64,000 nucleotides of DNA from Paraspadella gotoi (lineage: Eukaryota; Animalia; Chaetognatha): contig CM119264.1 in NCBI GenBank assembly GCA_051294375.1, positions 27,037,659 through 27,101,658 on the forward strand, given 5' to 3'. A program made the position numbers and the translations under genes. How positions within the stretch are numbered: the first letter of the stretch is position 1; each line of letters opens with the position of its first letter. The notes below the pieces were generated by a model, which searched no databases, was not told the origin of the DNA, and worked only from the letters and a program-made list of their open reading frames with translations. Positions 11,361 to 24,239 of this stretch are shown here, piece after piece.

Positions 11361-12159
11361 CTTCTCTCTCTCCTCTCTCTCTCTCTCTCTCGCCTCAATC
11401 TCGGTCCTCCATGGCAAAAGAGAAAGTCGACACTAATCTCCGATCGCGAAGGAAGAGAGAAGACAACAATTTTCCCTTCGTTTCAAAATTTAAAAAAAAA
11501 ATTATACGATAAATTCAAAGTTTGGAAAAAGAAAAATGGAGGACAAAGCTACGTATATTTCTGTCTCTATCGCTCAAACTCTGTCTTTATCTTTTTCTTT
11601 TCTATATTTTCGTATTTTTTTCCGTTTTCTTTTTCTTTTTAGTCTTTCTTTCTCAGTATCTTGCTCTCTGTCGCTCTATCCTTATCCCTCTTTCTTTTTT
11701 CGCTTCTCTCTGTCCGTCTCCTGTCACATTCTCATCTAACCTTTTTCATTTTTCTAATCTCATCTCATCTAACCTTTTTCTCATCCAACCTTTTTCTATG
11801 CTCACTTGTCTCCGCTCTTTGTCATCTGATTACTAGACTCAAGAGTTTCCGCGAAATCCGATTCCATATTGATTCAATTTTGATTCCATTTCATTTTCAT
11901 CTCATTTTCCCCGATTTTAACCAAATTTTCGCGCCAATTTTAACTTTCTTTCGAGCCGATTCTCTCTTTTCGCGCAGATCTCATCTCGATTTCAACTCTA
12001 TTTTCGTGCCGTTTGTAAAACCCTATTTTAGCGCCGATTCTAACCTTATTTTCGCAAGGATTCCAAACCCGATTACTTTTCGTCGATTCCTACGTTGGAC
12101 TTTCGCTCACTTTTCGCTCTCCTAATCTCACTCTCTCTTTCTCTCTTTGCCCTTCCCAG

Positions 12160-12366
12160 AGACTTGTCCCCTCCAGGCTTTTTGGGGCAGTTGACGCCGC
12201 GACGCCCGAAGAGCCCGACTCCGCCCCGGCGCCCGGCGCCCGCCGCCCGAATTCGCCCGTCGCCGCTCGCAGATTATTTGCGGGAGACGATGACGAGGAC
12301 GACTCTCGGCGTCGGCATCTGTTGTTCAGCTTCTTTCTGAAGAATCCCAACACGGTCTTACGTTAA
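12160..12366 (+). CDS. probable terminal coding exon (68 aa)
   Basis: CTAAT branch-like motif (12122), long pyrimidine tract and CCCAG acceptor. GC-rich frame RLVPSRLFGAVDAATPEEPDSAPAPGARRPNSPVAARRLFAGDDDEDDSRRRHLLFSFFLKNPNTVLR-TAA, with AATAAA near 12400 and 12457. Confidence 0.55.
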   Translation, partial: RLVPSRLFGAVDAATPEEPDSAPAPGARRPNSPVAARRLFAGDDDEDDSRRRHLLFSFFLKNPNTVLR

Positions 12367-13788
12367 TCGACAACAAACAACAAAGACAACAACAAAATTA
12401 ATAAACATTTCACACCAAAAAAAAAAATATTAACATCTTTTTTTTTTTCATGGTTTAATAAAAAAAAAAAAAGATACTTAACAAATTCGTTGACGTGAAA
12501 AACGTGAATTTTGGATGTTTCCTCTAAAAAAGTTGACCACATTTTAAATCCCTCTATTCTTACCTCTGCTGCCCTCTATCGTCGCCGGAAGCGATCGTTC
12601 CAAACGAAAGTTAACGAACAAAAAAAAAAAAACGAAATAAACAAAAGAAAGAACAATTAATTCCAACTCTTTTTTCTTTAAAACGATTTTATTTATATCT
12701 TTTTTCCAATTCGTTTTTTTTTTAATATTTCGTCTCGTGACTTTTAACACAAAAGATCTGGAGAATTCTCTCTCTCTCTCTCTTTTTCTAAAAAAAAATA
12801 AAGTCTTCCCCGTTCCTGGAGATTTTCAACTTTATTGCCATATAAACAAAACAAAACAATAGTTTCTTTAGTTCCTTCCTGTTTCGTTTGTTTCTCGTAG
12901 AGGCGAAAACAGGACTTCTTTTTGTTTTCTTTCCCGCTTTTTTGTCGTCGAAGCCAAAAAAAAACGATATTTCTAGTCTCTTTTTCTTTTTTTGATCGGC
13001 AACTTAATTTGCTAAGATAGAAGCAAAGAATTAAAAAATCCAATTCCGACAACCGCGTATAATTCTGTCTTTCATCGAATAGAACCCAAATCTCAGTTTG
13101 CTTGTAACGGCATCGAACCGCGAAAACTCTCCCCCCCCTCTCGTCTCACAGACACATAACTGAGTTTTCCTCGCGGTCCTGTTCCCCCATCCCTCTAATC
13201 GCTAAGCAACAAAAAGAACCGTTTTCCCTGTAAAAAAAAAACACAAACAAAAAACTAATACATACGACGGAGGGACGGTAACTTTGTTAGCTTATAAAAT
13301 CGCCGTTTGACGTTGAAATTTGTTCCCTCTTTGTACAGTATTTAATTTAAAAAAAAAAAAGAACCCTCTCTCTTTGCACATTAATTTTCATAGACTTCAC
13401 CGTCTTAGGAAAAAAAAACTTTTTTTTTTGTGTTTTTACTGAAAATTTTTTTAAAGCAAAGCAAACAAATGAACTGAAGCTACAACAACAACAACAACCA
13501 ACGAATTTAACATCAGAAAGAAAAAAAAGACAAAGAATCCAAGCGACATTTATTTTGCATAATCGAACGAGAGAGCCAACGCCAACGACGGTCTCACAGA
13601 AAAAAAGCCTAGCAACTTGTGAACTAAACCAAAAAAAAAAAAAAGAATACAATTTCGAATCTTAGCCAAAAAGAGATTTTTACGAAACCTACTAAAAAGA
13701 TTTCCATCCACGTTTTTAACCGACGCTTTATTTATTCGCTTAAATTTAAAAAAAAAAATATTCTCCCCTTAACAAAACTAAATATCAG

Positions 13789-14109
13789 CACCCCCTCCAC
13801 CGTCAATGGGTTCAGCACCGGGATATCAGTACTGAATCGACATTGAAGAACCTCGAAGATCAGGAAAAAGAAAAGAGGCAGCGGATTCTCCTCCGCACTG
13901 CCCCGCCGCAGCAGCGCAGCACCTCCTTGATCTCGCCGCAGCAGCTGCAGCAGCCACAGTCGCCCCAGCACCGCGGCTTCCTCTCTCCAATTTTTTCAGT
14001 CTTCTCTGCCGCGGCTGAGGCTACGGCTGCGCGGATGCTCGTCGGCCTCTCGCCCCCTTCCTCCGAATCGTCATCGCCGTCGTCGTCGCCGTCGTCGTCT
14101 TTGAACTAA
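13789..14109 (+). CDS. possible low-complexity terminal exon (Q/P/S/A-rich)
   Basis: GC-rich island after ATCAG with a 106-codon open frame ...LKNLEDQEKEKRQRILLRTAPPQQ...SSSLN-stop. No recognisable domain and a weak acceptor. Confidence 0.3.
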   Translation, partial: HPLHRQWVQHRDISTESTLKNLEDQEKEKRQRILLRTAPPQQRSTSLISPQQLQQPQSPQHRGFLSPIFSVFSAAAEATAARMLVGLSPPSSESSSPSSSPSSSLN

Positions 14110-15819
14110 AAAGCGCACACGCGTTGCGCGTACGAAGCCACGCCAGCGTCTCCGCCTCCGCCGCCGTCGCCGCCGTCACCGCTTAGTTCACGCAGCGGAG
14201 ACGAGAGGAAAAAAAAAAAGGGAATCGCCGGAAATCGTCGTCGTCGTCATCGACTCGACGCCGTCTCCAAAAAAAAAAAAAATAGATTTCTAGTTTTCCT
14301 CGGGACGAAAAAGGCAGCGTTTCTCTGCGCGTGACCCCCAGGCACCCAAAGGGGCGAACCCAGAGCCACGCGGGGCACAAAGAGCCGGACGCGGCAACGA
14401 CGAAAACAGCGACACGGACGGAGAGAACCAGAAAAACAAAGGGGCGACGATAACGACGCCTCTCTCGGCCGACGCCCGATACTCTCCGAGGCCTTGGTCT
14501 CTCCCGCTGGAGAGAAGCTAAGCCCCCGAATCCAAACCGCAGTCCACGGACGATTTGTCCTTGACTTAAGGATCTTTCGAAGAAAAAAAAAACCTCAGCT
14601 CCCGATTCTCCGTTCCCCCCCTTCTCCCCGTTTCCTACGAGATCAGATAGAGATAGAGAGAGACAGAGTGCGGGAGATCGATTCAAAAGGATTTTTGTTC
14701 GGTGTCCATATTTTATTTGAGAGTGGAACCACCTCTAATCCCTGACACAACGAGGCGCGATCGAAGAGTAGCAAAGTTCGCAGGACGAGTTTGGAAGGAA
14801 AAAATTATCATTTTTCGCGAAAAAGGCGAGAAGCGAGCGCCGCCTATCGAGAGAACGAGCACAACAACGACAACGACCACAACGACGACGAGAATGAGTT
14901 AAAGATTATCTGACGCGATTCCCGTTGGACGAAAAAAAAAAAAAAAAGAACAACTAATCAGGATCGTTGCAAATTCCAGTGTTGGTAGCTGTGTTGCGAG
15001 CGAGCGCGATTATCGGCATTCGCTAGGAGAGCCTCTGCAGGCCGAATCGAGAAACTAAAAAAGAAAATAAAAAACAAAACAACAATCGAGATTTAAAAAA
15101 AAAACAACCAAAAAAATAAAAATAGAAAAACAGTTGTCACGACTTAAAAAAAAATAAACTAACCCAAATCAGCCTATCAGCGAAGACGACCGTACGTTTT
15201 GGTAAGAGACAAAACGTCGGTCAAAAAAAACAAAAACAAAAAAACAGCCCAATCGCTGTCGATTTTAAGAAAAGACGAAAAGACCTATCAAAACATTGAA
15301 AACCAAAACACCGCCATGGGGAAATCAAAGAGCGGCGCGGCGCCCGTAAGTATTTTTTTTAATTTAATGTATGTCCCTTGAGACGAAGAGCGTATTTATA
15401 TATCAAACTTGTTTATACATATAGATATAAGTATAAGTAAATGATTAAATCAATAGCTATTTCGTAGTAGGCCTTCTTCGTCGGTAGCGTTTCTCCTCAT
15501 TCTTTCAACCAAGCAGAATTAGTAATTAATACGAACATCCCGATCTTTTCGCAAAAACCCCTGATTCCATCGACCACGCCCATTCAAAAACTCCCCCTGT
15601 TCCTTATTAAATAACCCCCCCTACCCATTTTCCAAATAAAAAACAAAAGACAATTTTCGATCGAAAATTCCTCGATTTTTCTCGAGATTTCGATTCGACA
15701 GAAAATCTGTCGCTCAAATCTGATTCCCTTTCGGTCGATGGATCGAGTCTCCCTTCTTCGATCCCCAGCGGCCCGCCCACGCCGGCCCCGAAGAGAGATG
15801 TAGGTTTTCAAGAGTCACT

Positions 15820-15948
<129 letters not shown>

Positions 15949-17119
15949 GTTTGCAACGAGAAGTCGAAGTTAAAATTCTAATTAATTTACTATTTTTGCG
16001 ATTGACTGGTTTTCCTGTTGTAAACAAAATAATCTTTCTCTCATTCTCCCAATTTAAAGAAACTGATCACAACTCAAGAGAGAAACACCTCGACGCACGG
16101 CAACAGCACCACAGACAGTGTTCACTCTTCAGTGTTCACGATCACTCACTCGAGTTAGTCACGCTTGTTTGTAAACAATAATTTTCTCTATCGACGGGGT
16201 TGGGGAACGAAATATACAACTGAAAATACAAGTTGAGAATATAACGAAAAAATTTTTTTTTAAAACTCGCACCCAAAATCAAGGCGAGAACCTGGCAGTA
16301 ATTGTCGAAGTAAGAAAAAGTAAAGTAGGGTAAGGACAAAGGAGATAAAAAAGGAAAGGAAGATAACGTTAGAAATCATTGGAAGTAGAGTAAACTCAAT
16401 TTATTGGGCCTAATGTTGAGGCGCCTGGATACGATATACCATCCATCACTACGAGAAAAGGAAAAGTGAAAGAGACAAGAAAGGAAAAGTAACGATTTAA
16501 TTAAATAAAAGAACAATAAAAAGGAAAAAAGACTATTCGTCCGGTAAGAAAAAAATGCAAAGATTAAATTTTAGAAGAAAAAAAAATATAAGGGATGAAA
16601 CCTTTTGACTGTACACCTCCTGGAGCTCTCGAACAAAAAAGAGAAGAGAAAAGAAAAAAAAAAGAAAGAAAGAAAAAAAGAAAAGAAAAGAGAATAGAGA
16701 GGTTTGACTTTGATGGATGAAGCGGAAAAGAAATCAGAGGTCAAACAGACCGAATAGCGAAGGTTGTGCTCGCGAAGAAATTTGAAATCATCTTGTCATT
16801 TATTTTTGAGAAATTTATCTACATAATTAAGTCAGTATCTTTATTAAAGGTCGTCATTTTAGAATGTCTAATCTCTATTGATTTCTTAACGTCAAATTGC
16901 CAGTTGAGATAATATTCAAAATTATTTTTTTTAATGAAATAATTTTTCCTTTCTTTTGAATTCTGGTTAATTATTTTCCTACGCTTATTTTATTTTATTT
17001 TTTTTTTTTTTGCGTTTGAACTCAAATGGTTAATTTTGGAATTCGAAAAAGAATCTTTCAAAAATCCAAATTTTAATATTTTTAACAATGATCAATATAG
17101 TTTAGTTAGAGGTGAACAT

Positions 17120-17208
<89 letters not shown>

Positions 17209-18749
17209 ACTTGTAAGCCTGACGCAACGTTTACCGATTCAAATCTTGAGTGACTGAATAGATACAGAGTCACGAATTGTTTAAAATCTGAAAGTAAAAT
17301 TTACGGTAGAATCACGAGTTGAGAAAGTCGATGCAATCCTCTCACAGATTGTAAATCCCAAAAAATTCTGTCTTAACTTCGTAAGCAATCGAGATTAGAT
17401 CTCGGTTAGATTTGAGGTCGCATTAAGATTAGCATGTTTGTAAAAACGAGAGTGAACACTGAACACAATAAACAGTGAATTCAAACTCGTATGATAAGTC
17501 ATGAATCGAGATTGTAAACGGAATGCTTAACAAAACATATATATTTTAAAACTAAATTATCAATCGTAAGCGCCATTTTAACTCGGAAGGTCTCATCTCT
17601 CATAGTCATAATCGTTTCCATGACGACGCGCATTTGTTTTGTTTGTTTTTTTATGTTTTTTTGGTTTGATCTCGTTAGAGGGACGACAAAAAAAAAAAAT
17701 AAAAGACGAACGCGCGGAGGCACAAACGCGATTATGAATACGAATGACGGCTGAGTTCAGTCACGTGACCATAGAGAGAATCGAAATGATTCACCGACAG
17801 TTTTTTTTTTCTTTCACTTTCACCGTTTCACAATTTGTGATAGTGCTTCCACTCGAGCTTCATCCACCACGGGGAAAGTTCTCCTTGACCCTTCCACACC
17901 CCCACCCTCCCTCCACAGTCGTTACGAGCCCCACAGGGTCTTTTTCCCTCCACATCGTGGTTTCACGTCGCGTACTCAATTAGGCGCCAAATTTATTACC
18001 ACAAACCACCCGCTTTTTTTTTTCTCTTTTTTTTTTTTTCTTTCGCAGCAAAAATTTTTTTTGGTTTTCCCATTGTGCAAGATTTCAAGCTGGAAAGAAC
18101 GCGTGCGACATATTGTGCGTTGCGTCTTGTTCGGACAGAGGAAAGAGAACAGATTTGTGAGGACAGAGGAAAGAGGACAAACTTGTGAGGACATAGGATT
18201 CTCGAGTGATCGTTACGGAATTGTAATGAAAATATATGATGTCTTAAATTATTTTAACTTTTTAAAAAAAGAGAAATTTTAATCTTCGACGCGAGCGATT
18301 AACCTCGACGCAAAGAAAAAGTCGGTAAATATTTTTCGCTGTCGTAGAAATTAATCAGGAAAATAATTTAAAATTTAAATTTGCCATTTTTTTTTAAAGA
18401 AAAAAAAACATTCCTTCACGCTTCTTGCATAAAAAAGAAAGCGAGAGCTAATTTTTATTTTTTTTTAAACATTAAAATACAAAATTTTTAAAAAAGGGAT
18501 AATTGAGATTTATGGTAGTCCGTGGTGGTACAAAAGTGGGTTTGGGTGGTTTAGGGAGCTCGAACCACCGCGCGGGGGCGTTTCGGAAGGGGGACTTCTG
18601 AGTGGTGAGACCAGATATAAAGGTTAAATACTCTGTGTTTAGCTTCGATGATGTGTTCTCGAAAAATAAAAGGACGGCGGTCTGACAAACCCATTCAACC
18701 AAAACATTCGTTATCAAAAAGAAAAAAAAAAGAAATAAAGTCTGGAACT

Positions 18750-18753
18750 CATT

Positions 18754-18849
<96 letters not shown>

Positions 18850-18852
18850 TTT
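18750..18852. repeat. (TTTC)n microsatellite
   Basis: Tetranucleotide run, with a counterpart at ~32190-32273. Confidence 0.95.
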
Positions 18853-20135
18853 ACTATTTATCTTTAAAACGATTACGTTTCCGGGTTTTTTTCTTGTACT
18901 AAAATCGGTAACGAATTTTAAAAAGGCGGAGGTTTTGAGAAAAGTTTATTTCTGTTTTTTTTTTTTTTTTTTTAAATTTACTACAGGTTAAAGAGTAAAA
19001 AAAGTTGTTTATTTACGATTGCTGCCATTTTCCCGCCAAGAAAATTGGCGACGGGGATGGCGCCGAATTTCGCCGGTCGTAAGTCTGTCGACAACAACCA
19101 TTAAAAGGTTAACAAGTGACAACTTGTTTTATGTTCAACATTGCTTTCATTTTTTGTTTTTTAGAAACTGTATCAAACGCCCTTAGTTTGGAATATATAT
19201 AACGGTTGAAAACGTAACAAATTCTACTAACTTAGAGTATTTTTTTTGAAAAACTTTAAAATCGGCTTTTATTTTAAATTTCAAAATATTTTAAAGTTAT
19301 TTATAAATATTGGTTCTGAAAATAATCCAGTATTAGAATTACTAACGACAAAAGCGAATTAAATATATGTAAACAAGTTTTTTTATTTCTTCAGCTACTT
19401 TTCATTTCCTTAACCACCCCTTATTTCTTCTCCCCTCTCCTTACCTCAGCCCCTCCCCTCAAGAGATTCATAAATCAGCTGCTCGCGAAGTAAATCTTTC
19501 AAAAATGTTCAAAAATCCGGGGCTTCGCTGATTTAAGACGAGATTTAGATTTGGGCTTTTAACTCGTGATAATTCTTCCCCACTTATCAAGGCGGGCCCG
19601 ATGCCGGAGTGGCGATGTGGGGTGCTGAGGAGGCCGCGGGGGTGGAGGGGGTGTTGAGCATTGGGGAAGGGGGGTTAACTAAGAGGCTTCCCCAAACCTG
19701 GAACCGAGAAATTTGACGATGAAAAATCGAAACTGGAAAATTGCAAATCTGGTTATTTCATTTTCGGATGGAATCATGAGCCCAAAATAGGATCCCCCTC
19801 CATTTATTTCGAGGGAGTGAGAGGAAAGGGACGGGGGGCTTCAAAAGGCTAATAGGGTTATTTCGCTCTCAGTTTAAAAAAAGAGCGTAAATTTTGACAG
19901 AAACAAATGAGAATTTGAAGTTTTTTGACGAAAAGTTGACTCGTTAAAGAGAGGAGGGAGAGAGAGACTGAGCGACGAGAGAAGAGAGAGAGAGGGAGAA
20001 GAAGAGAGAGAAGAGGACGAGAGAGAGAGGAGAGAGAGAGAGAGACGACGAGAGAGAGAGAGAAGAGAAAGAGAGAAAATAGATAAGAGACCAGATATTA
20101 AGGTAAGAGAGAAGAAAGACAAGAAACGGAATCTT

Positions 20136-20160
20136 NNNNNNNNNNNNNNNNNNNNNNNNN
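20136..20160. other. 25-N assembly gap with misplaced/duplicated flank
   Basis: The left flank ~19958-20135 duplicates ~20380-20542. Copy 2 is contiguous across this point (~33352-33365). Confidence 0.9.
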
Positions 20161-20203
20161 AGGAAAAAATCCATCGTCGTATTTCCATCGGAGAAAACAA
20201 ATG

Positions 20204-20252
<49 letters not shown>

Positions 20253-20382
20253 TGTGTGTCGATCGGGTTTAACGAAATCCCAGATGAGCGAAAGTCTAGA
20301 AAATCAGTCCAAACGAAAATCCCTCCTCGCAAAATATTTACTCGACTATCCTTTCTAGTTTTTTTTTTTGTTAGAAAGAGAG

Positions 20383-20488
<106 letters not shown>

Positions 20489-21844
20489 AGAATAGATAGA
20501 GACAGATATAAGGTAAGAGAGAAAGACAAGAAACGGAATCTTTAACAAGGAGCTAAAAATTGTCTTCATATTTTTTTTTCTAAATCAATTTGCATTAAAA
20601 TATTTCTCGAATTAACGCGAGCCGGAAGCAGGGCCTTATCCCCTCTTGTCCCAGTATCAATTTATAATAATATCAACATCAATTTTCATAACAAAAGGAA
20701 CAAAATACACTCAATCAAATTCAATAAATTCGGATTTAGGAAAAAAATGAAAAAAAGTTGGTTGAGCGCTCGCGAGCCGAAGGCGAATTTCGGTTGGTTT
20801 CGGTTTTTTTTTTTGTTTTTTTTTTTGTTTACAAAAAATCAGCTTCTCAAATTTGATAAGATCTAATTTTTTTTTTTTTTGGGGGGGGGGGTCGGGGAGA
20901 CGCAAAACTGGGTTTTTTTTCTTTTTCTTTTTTTTTTTTCAATCACCCTAAGGCCTATATCTTCTTGTTCAAATATTTGTTATGTTTTTATCGTTTCATT
21001 ACTCTTCTAAATTTTGAATATGCTTATAACTCGATCAAATAGAAGGAATAAATGGAAGTAAATAGGAATTTTAAGGTGGATTATTTATACTTTGCAAGTT
21101 TTTCAGGTACTTTTTTAATGTTAAAAATTTCATGTCACAGTTCCTTCGTTAACTGTCTGAAAAAAAAATTGGGTGCAAAGAATAACAAAATTTTAAACTT
21201 CAAAAAAACTAATTTTAATCTTGTTTTTTTGAATTTGAAAGAAAAAAAAGGTTTTGTGTCATTACAACTGTATGAACTATGAACTGTGAGGAGTGAGGCT
21301 CCAAGCGAAAGAGTATTAAAATTTGTTTCCTAAATTCCTGATAATTTTGGGCTTTGAGACCTTGCGCAACTTCCCCTGCAATTAGCTCCACCCATCACTT
21401 TTTGGATTTCTACCGTCCGTTGATAAGCTTTTTATTTTATAATTATAATAACGTGAGCTCCTCTCTCGACCTTCTCAATCCGCCAAAGATCTTTATATGT
21501 TTTCTCTCCTTTCTCTTTCTCTTTCTATTTCTCTTTCTCTCCTTCTTATCTTTTTTTATTCCTCTTTCTGCCAAAATCATCTCACTTCAGATATGTATAT
21601 TCTTCTCTCCTACCACCTTGATCCACCCATCTACCAGCTTCATCTGCGTCTACACCCTCTCCTCCACAACCCCTTCTACACCCCACCATCTCCAACCACC
21701 ATCTACACCCCCCAGGTCGAAGGCCCACTTTTATCTCCTCCTTTTCACTTCGTTTTTCCTTCTCCTATTTATTTTTTTTTCTTTCACCCTTTTTGCTTCT
21801 TTTTTTTCTCAAGATCGTAACTTCTTACAACTTACTCGTTGGAA

Positions 21845-21890
<46 letters not shown>

Positions 21891-22102
21891 TTCGTCGTCG
21901 TCGTCGTCGTCGTCTTTTAAATTAAGGACGGCAAATAGGGCCTCCGTTTATTTTAGACTCGTTTCCATTTTGCTGGTTAAGTTCCGTCTTTGTGTCGGCA
22001 GATTTTTTTCTCAGTTTTGATTTTTTTTTCTTTATCAACCGACTTAATATAATTTCCTTATGTGTAAATAAAAATACTATAGCCGCATAGCGGCCTAGCC
22101 GA

Positions 22103-22175
<73 letters not shown>

Positions 22176-24239
22176 ATTCGACTCGTCCCAAGAATATAAA
22201 ACCTTTTTCTTCTTCACTGAAAAATCAATCAGTTTTTTTTTTCTTTCGATTCACAGTCTGGTTTTCACCGTCTCGCTTTTGAGATTCAACGATTCAAAGC
22301 AAAATATATTTTTTTTTTATTTATTTATTTATAATTTATTAAATTTACTAAATATATGAATCTTTTTTAACAGTATAAATTAAATATAATAATAAAACTT
22401 CTTTCTTCAGTTTCTTGAATAAACAAGGCGTCTGGATGCGTTACAAAATAAATGATTAACGGACCTCCGACGGGCGAGAGAGAACTTCTCACCATATGGT
22501 TCTGGTTTATTGTGTATGAATTATTCTTTCTTTCTTTCTTTCTTTCTTTCTCTCTCTCTATCTTTCCAAATCGAAAATGAGATTATTTCAATTTCTTCTT
22601 CTTTTTTTTCTCCTTCGTCGAGAGAAGAACGATTGACGACAAAATTTCTTTTTTATTATTTTTTCTTTTTTTTTTCATAATCACATTTTTTTTTCCCCTT
22701 TTTTTCCCTTTTTTTTTTTTACTTTTCAACTTCCCCCCCCCGTTCCCATTTTTTTTAGTCTTCCAATTCTCTATCCACGAAAAAAAAGCTTTTTCATTTT
22801 CGAATTTTTGACATCGTCCTTAAAAAATCGATTTTGATTTCGAAGACTCCGCTGACGGTTTCTGTTTTTCTCTCATTTATTTTTCTTTTTCTTTTACTTT
22901 TTTTTCTTTTAATTTTTCGCTCCGTTTTTCCTTTTCTTCTCGCGTCTTAACGGATTTTTATGTTTCTTGGCCATCTCCCGGTAAACTGGTCCCACCCGTC
23001 CCCGATCACCTGATCCCTGTCCTCTAGTCCCGGTCCTCCTGGTCCCCTGTCCGAAACGCGCGTCGTTGATGATGGATATCTTTTTTTTCGCACGACCCAA
23101 TTCTGAATCCGGAGGCGAGAGTTCGCTGCGGGGAAGAACTCGAAAAAAAATGTTGGTTGGTTGTAACGTAATTTTCTTCAATTTTTAATTTTATTTTTAT
23201 TTTTATTTTTTGCCTTTTTTAATTTTTTTTCTTTTTTTTCTTTTCTTTCTTTTCTTTTCTTTTCTTTTCTTTTCTTTTTTACTCGTTGTCCTGTCTATTA
23301 TATAACCTTTCCTTTATTAAATTCAAACTCCTTTCTCTCACCTAATTGAATTTTACATATTCTTTTTTTTTCAATTTTTGTCCAAACCTTTGTCTCGGTT
23401 TAAACATTAAAAAAAAAAAAACTAAAATAAGTCGATTGATAAGTCGTGTAAAATTTTTTCAAAATTTTTTTCTTCGTTTGCTCGCCGCTCTATTATATAT
23501 ATATATCTAAAAAATTATATAATTTATAGAAAAGTTTTAAATGAATTTCAACAACGATTCATTGAAAATCTCAACCAAACGAAACAAAGGATTATAATAT
23601 CAAATTATAAGTTATAATTTTTATTAACCAGATTTTTTCAAATCTCATTTGCTATTACAGTCCGTCGTGAATCACGCATAATAAAGTAGAAGGTATCGAT
23701 TGGAATCGAATAAAAACGAAATACATTGTAAGGGAAGAAAAAAATACTGTGTTCAGTATTCATGTGTTTTTAGCTTCTTTTTTTTATTTCTTTTTTTTTT
23801 TTTGGCTTTTGTGCACGATATACATCGATACGGCAAAAAATTGGGAGCAACCTTCGCCGTGACGCTAACATTGTTACGTTTTTCGCAAATGTTTTTAAGG
23901 ACGCGAGACAGACGCTACGACGACGACGACGCGACGACGACGCACGACGACGATCTAACCCAGCCACTCGTACCGCGCACCGGTCGAGCGCAATTCCCGA
24001 CATGTCGACCTCTCGTTATCTGAGTGACCGTTTTGTCTTCTTTTTCAGTTTTCGTTCGCTTTTCAATTTTTTGTTTCGTTTTTTTTTTCACTTCGCACAT
24101 TTTTTTATCTTAATTTTTTGGCGCCTCAAAACTCACCACTCGATCACCGAGCGGACATCTTCTGGTTTTGGATGAAAGTACTAAATCGAACACGAAAAAA
24201 CAAAAGAACCGCGATTTTTTATAAATAAATCGATGTAAT

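Noticed and set aside
13860-14105. Minus-strand Cys-rich reading (CWGDCGCCSCCGE) resembling metallothionein
   Set aside because: It is the antisense shadow of CAG/CCG-rich codons on the + strand, with no ATG and Cys confined to a short patch.
19600-19680. G-rich tract with G-quadruplex potential or a minus-strand Pro-rich exon
   Set aside because: Only compositional evidence, and the putative acceptor is not preserved in copy 2 (~33110).
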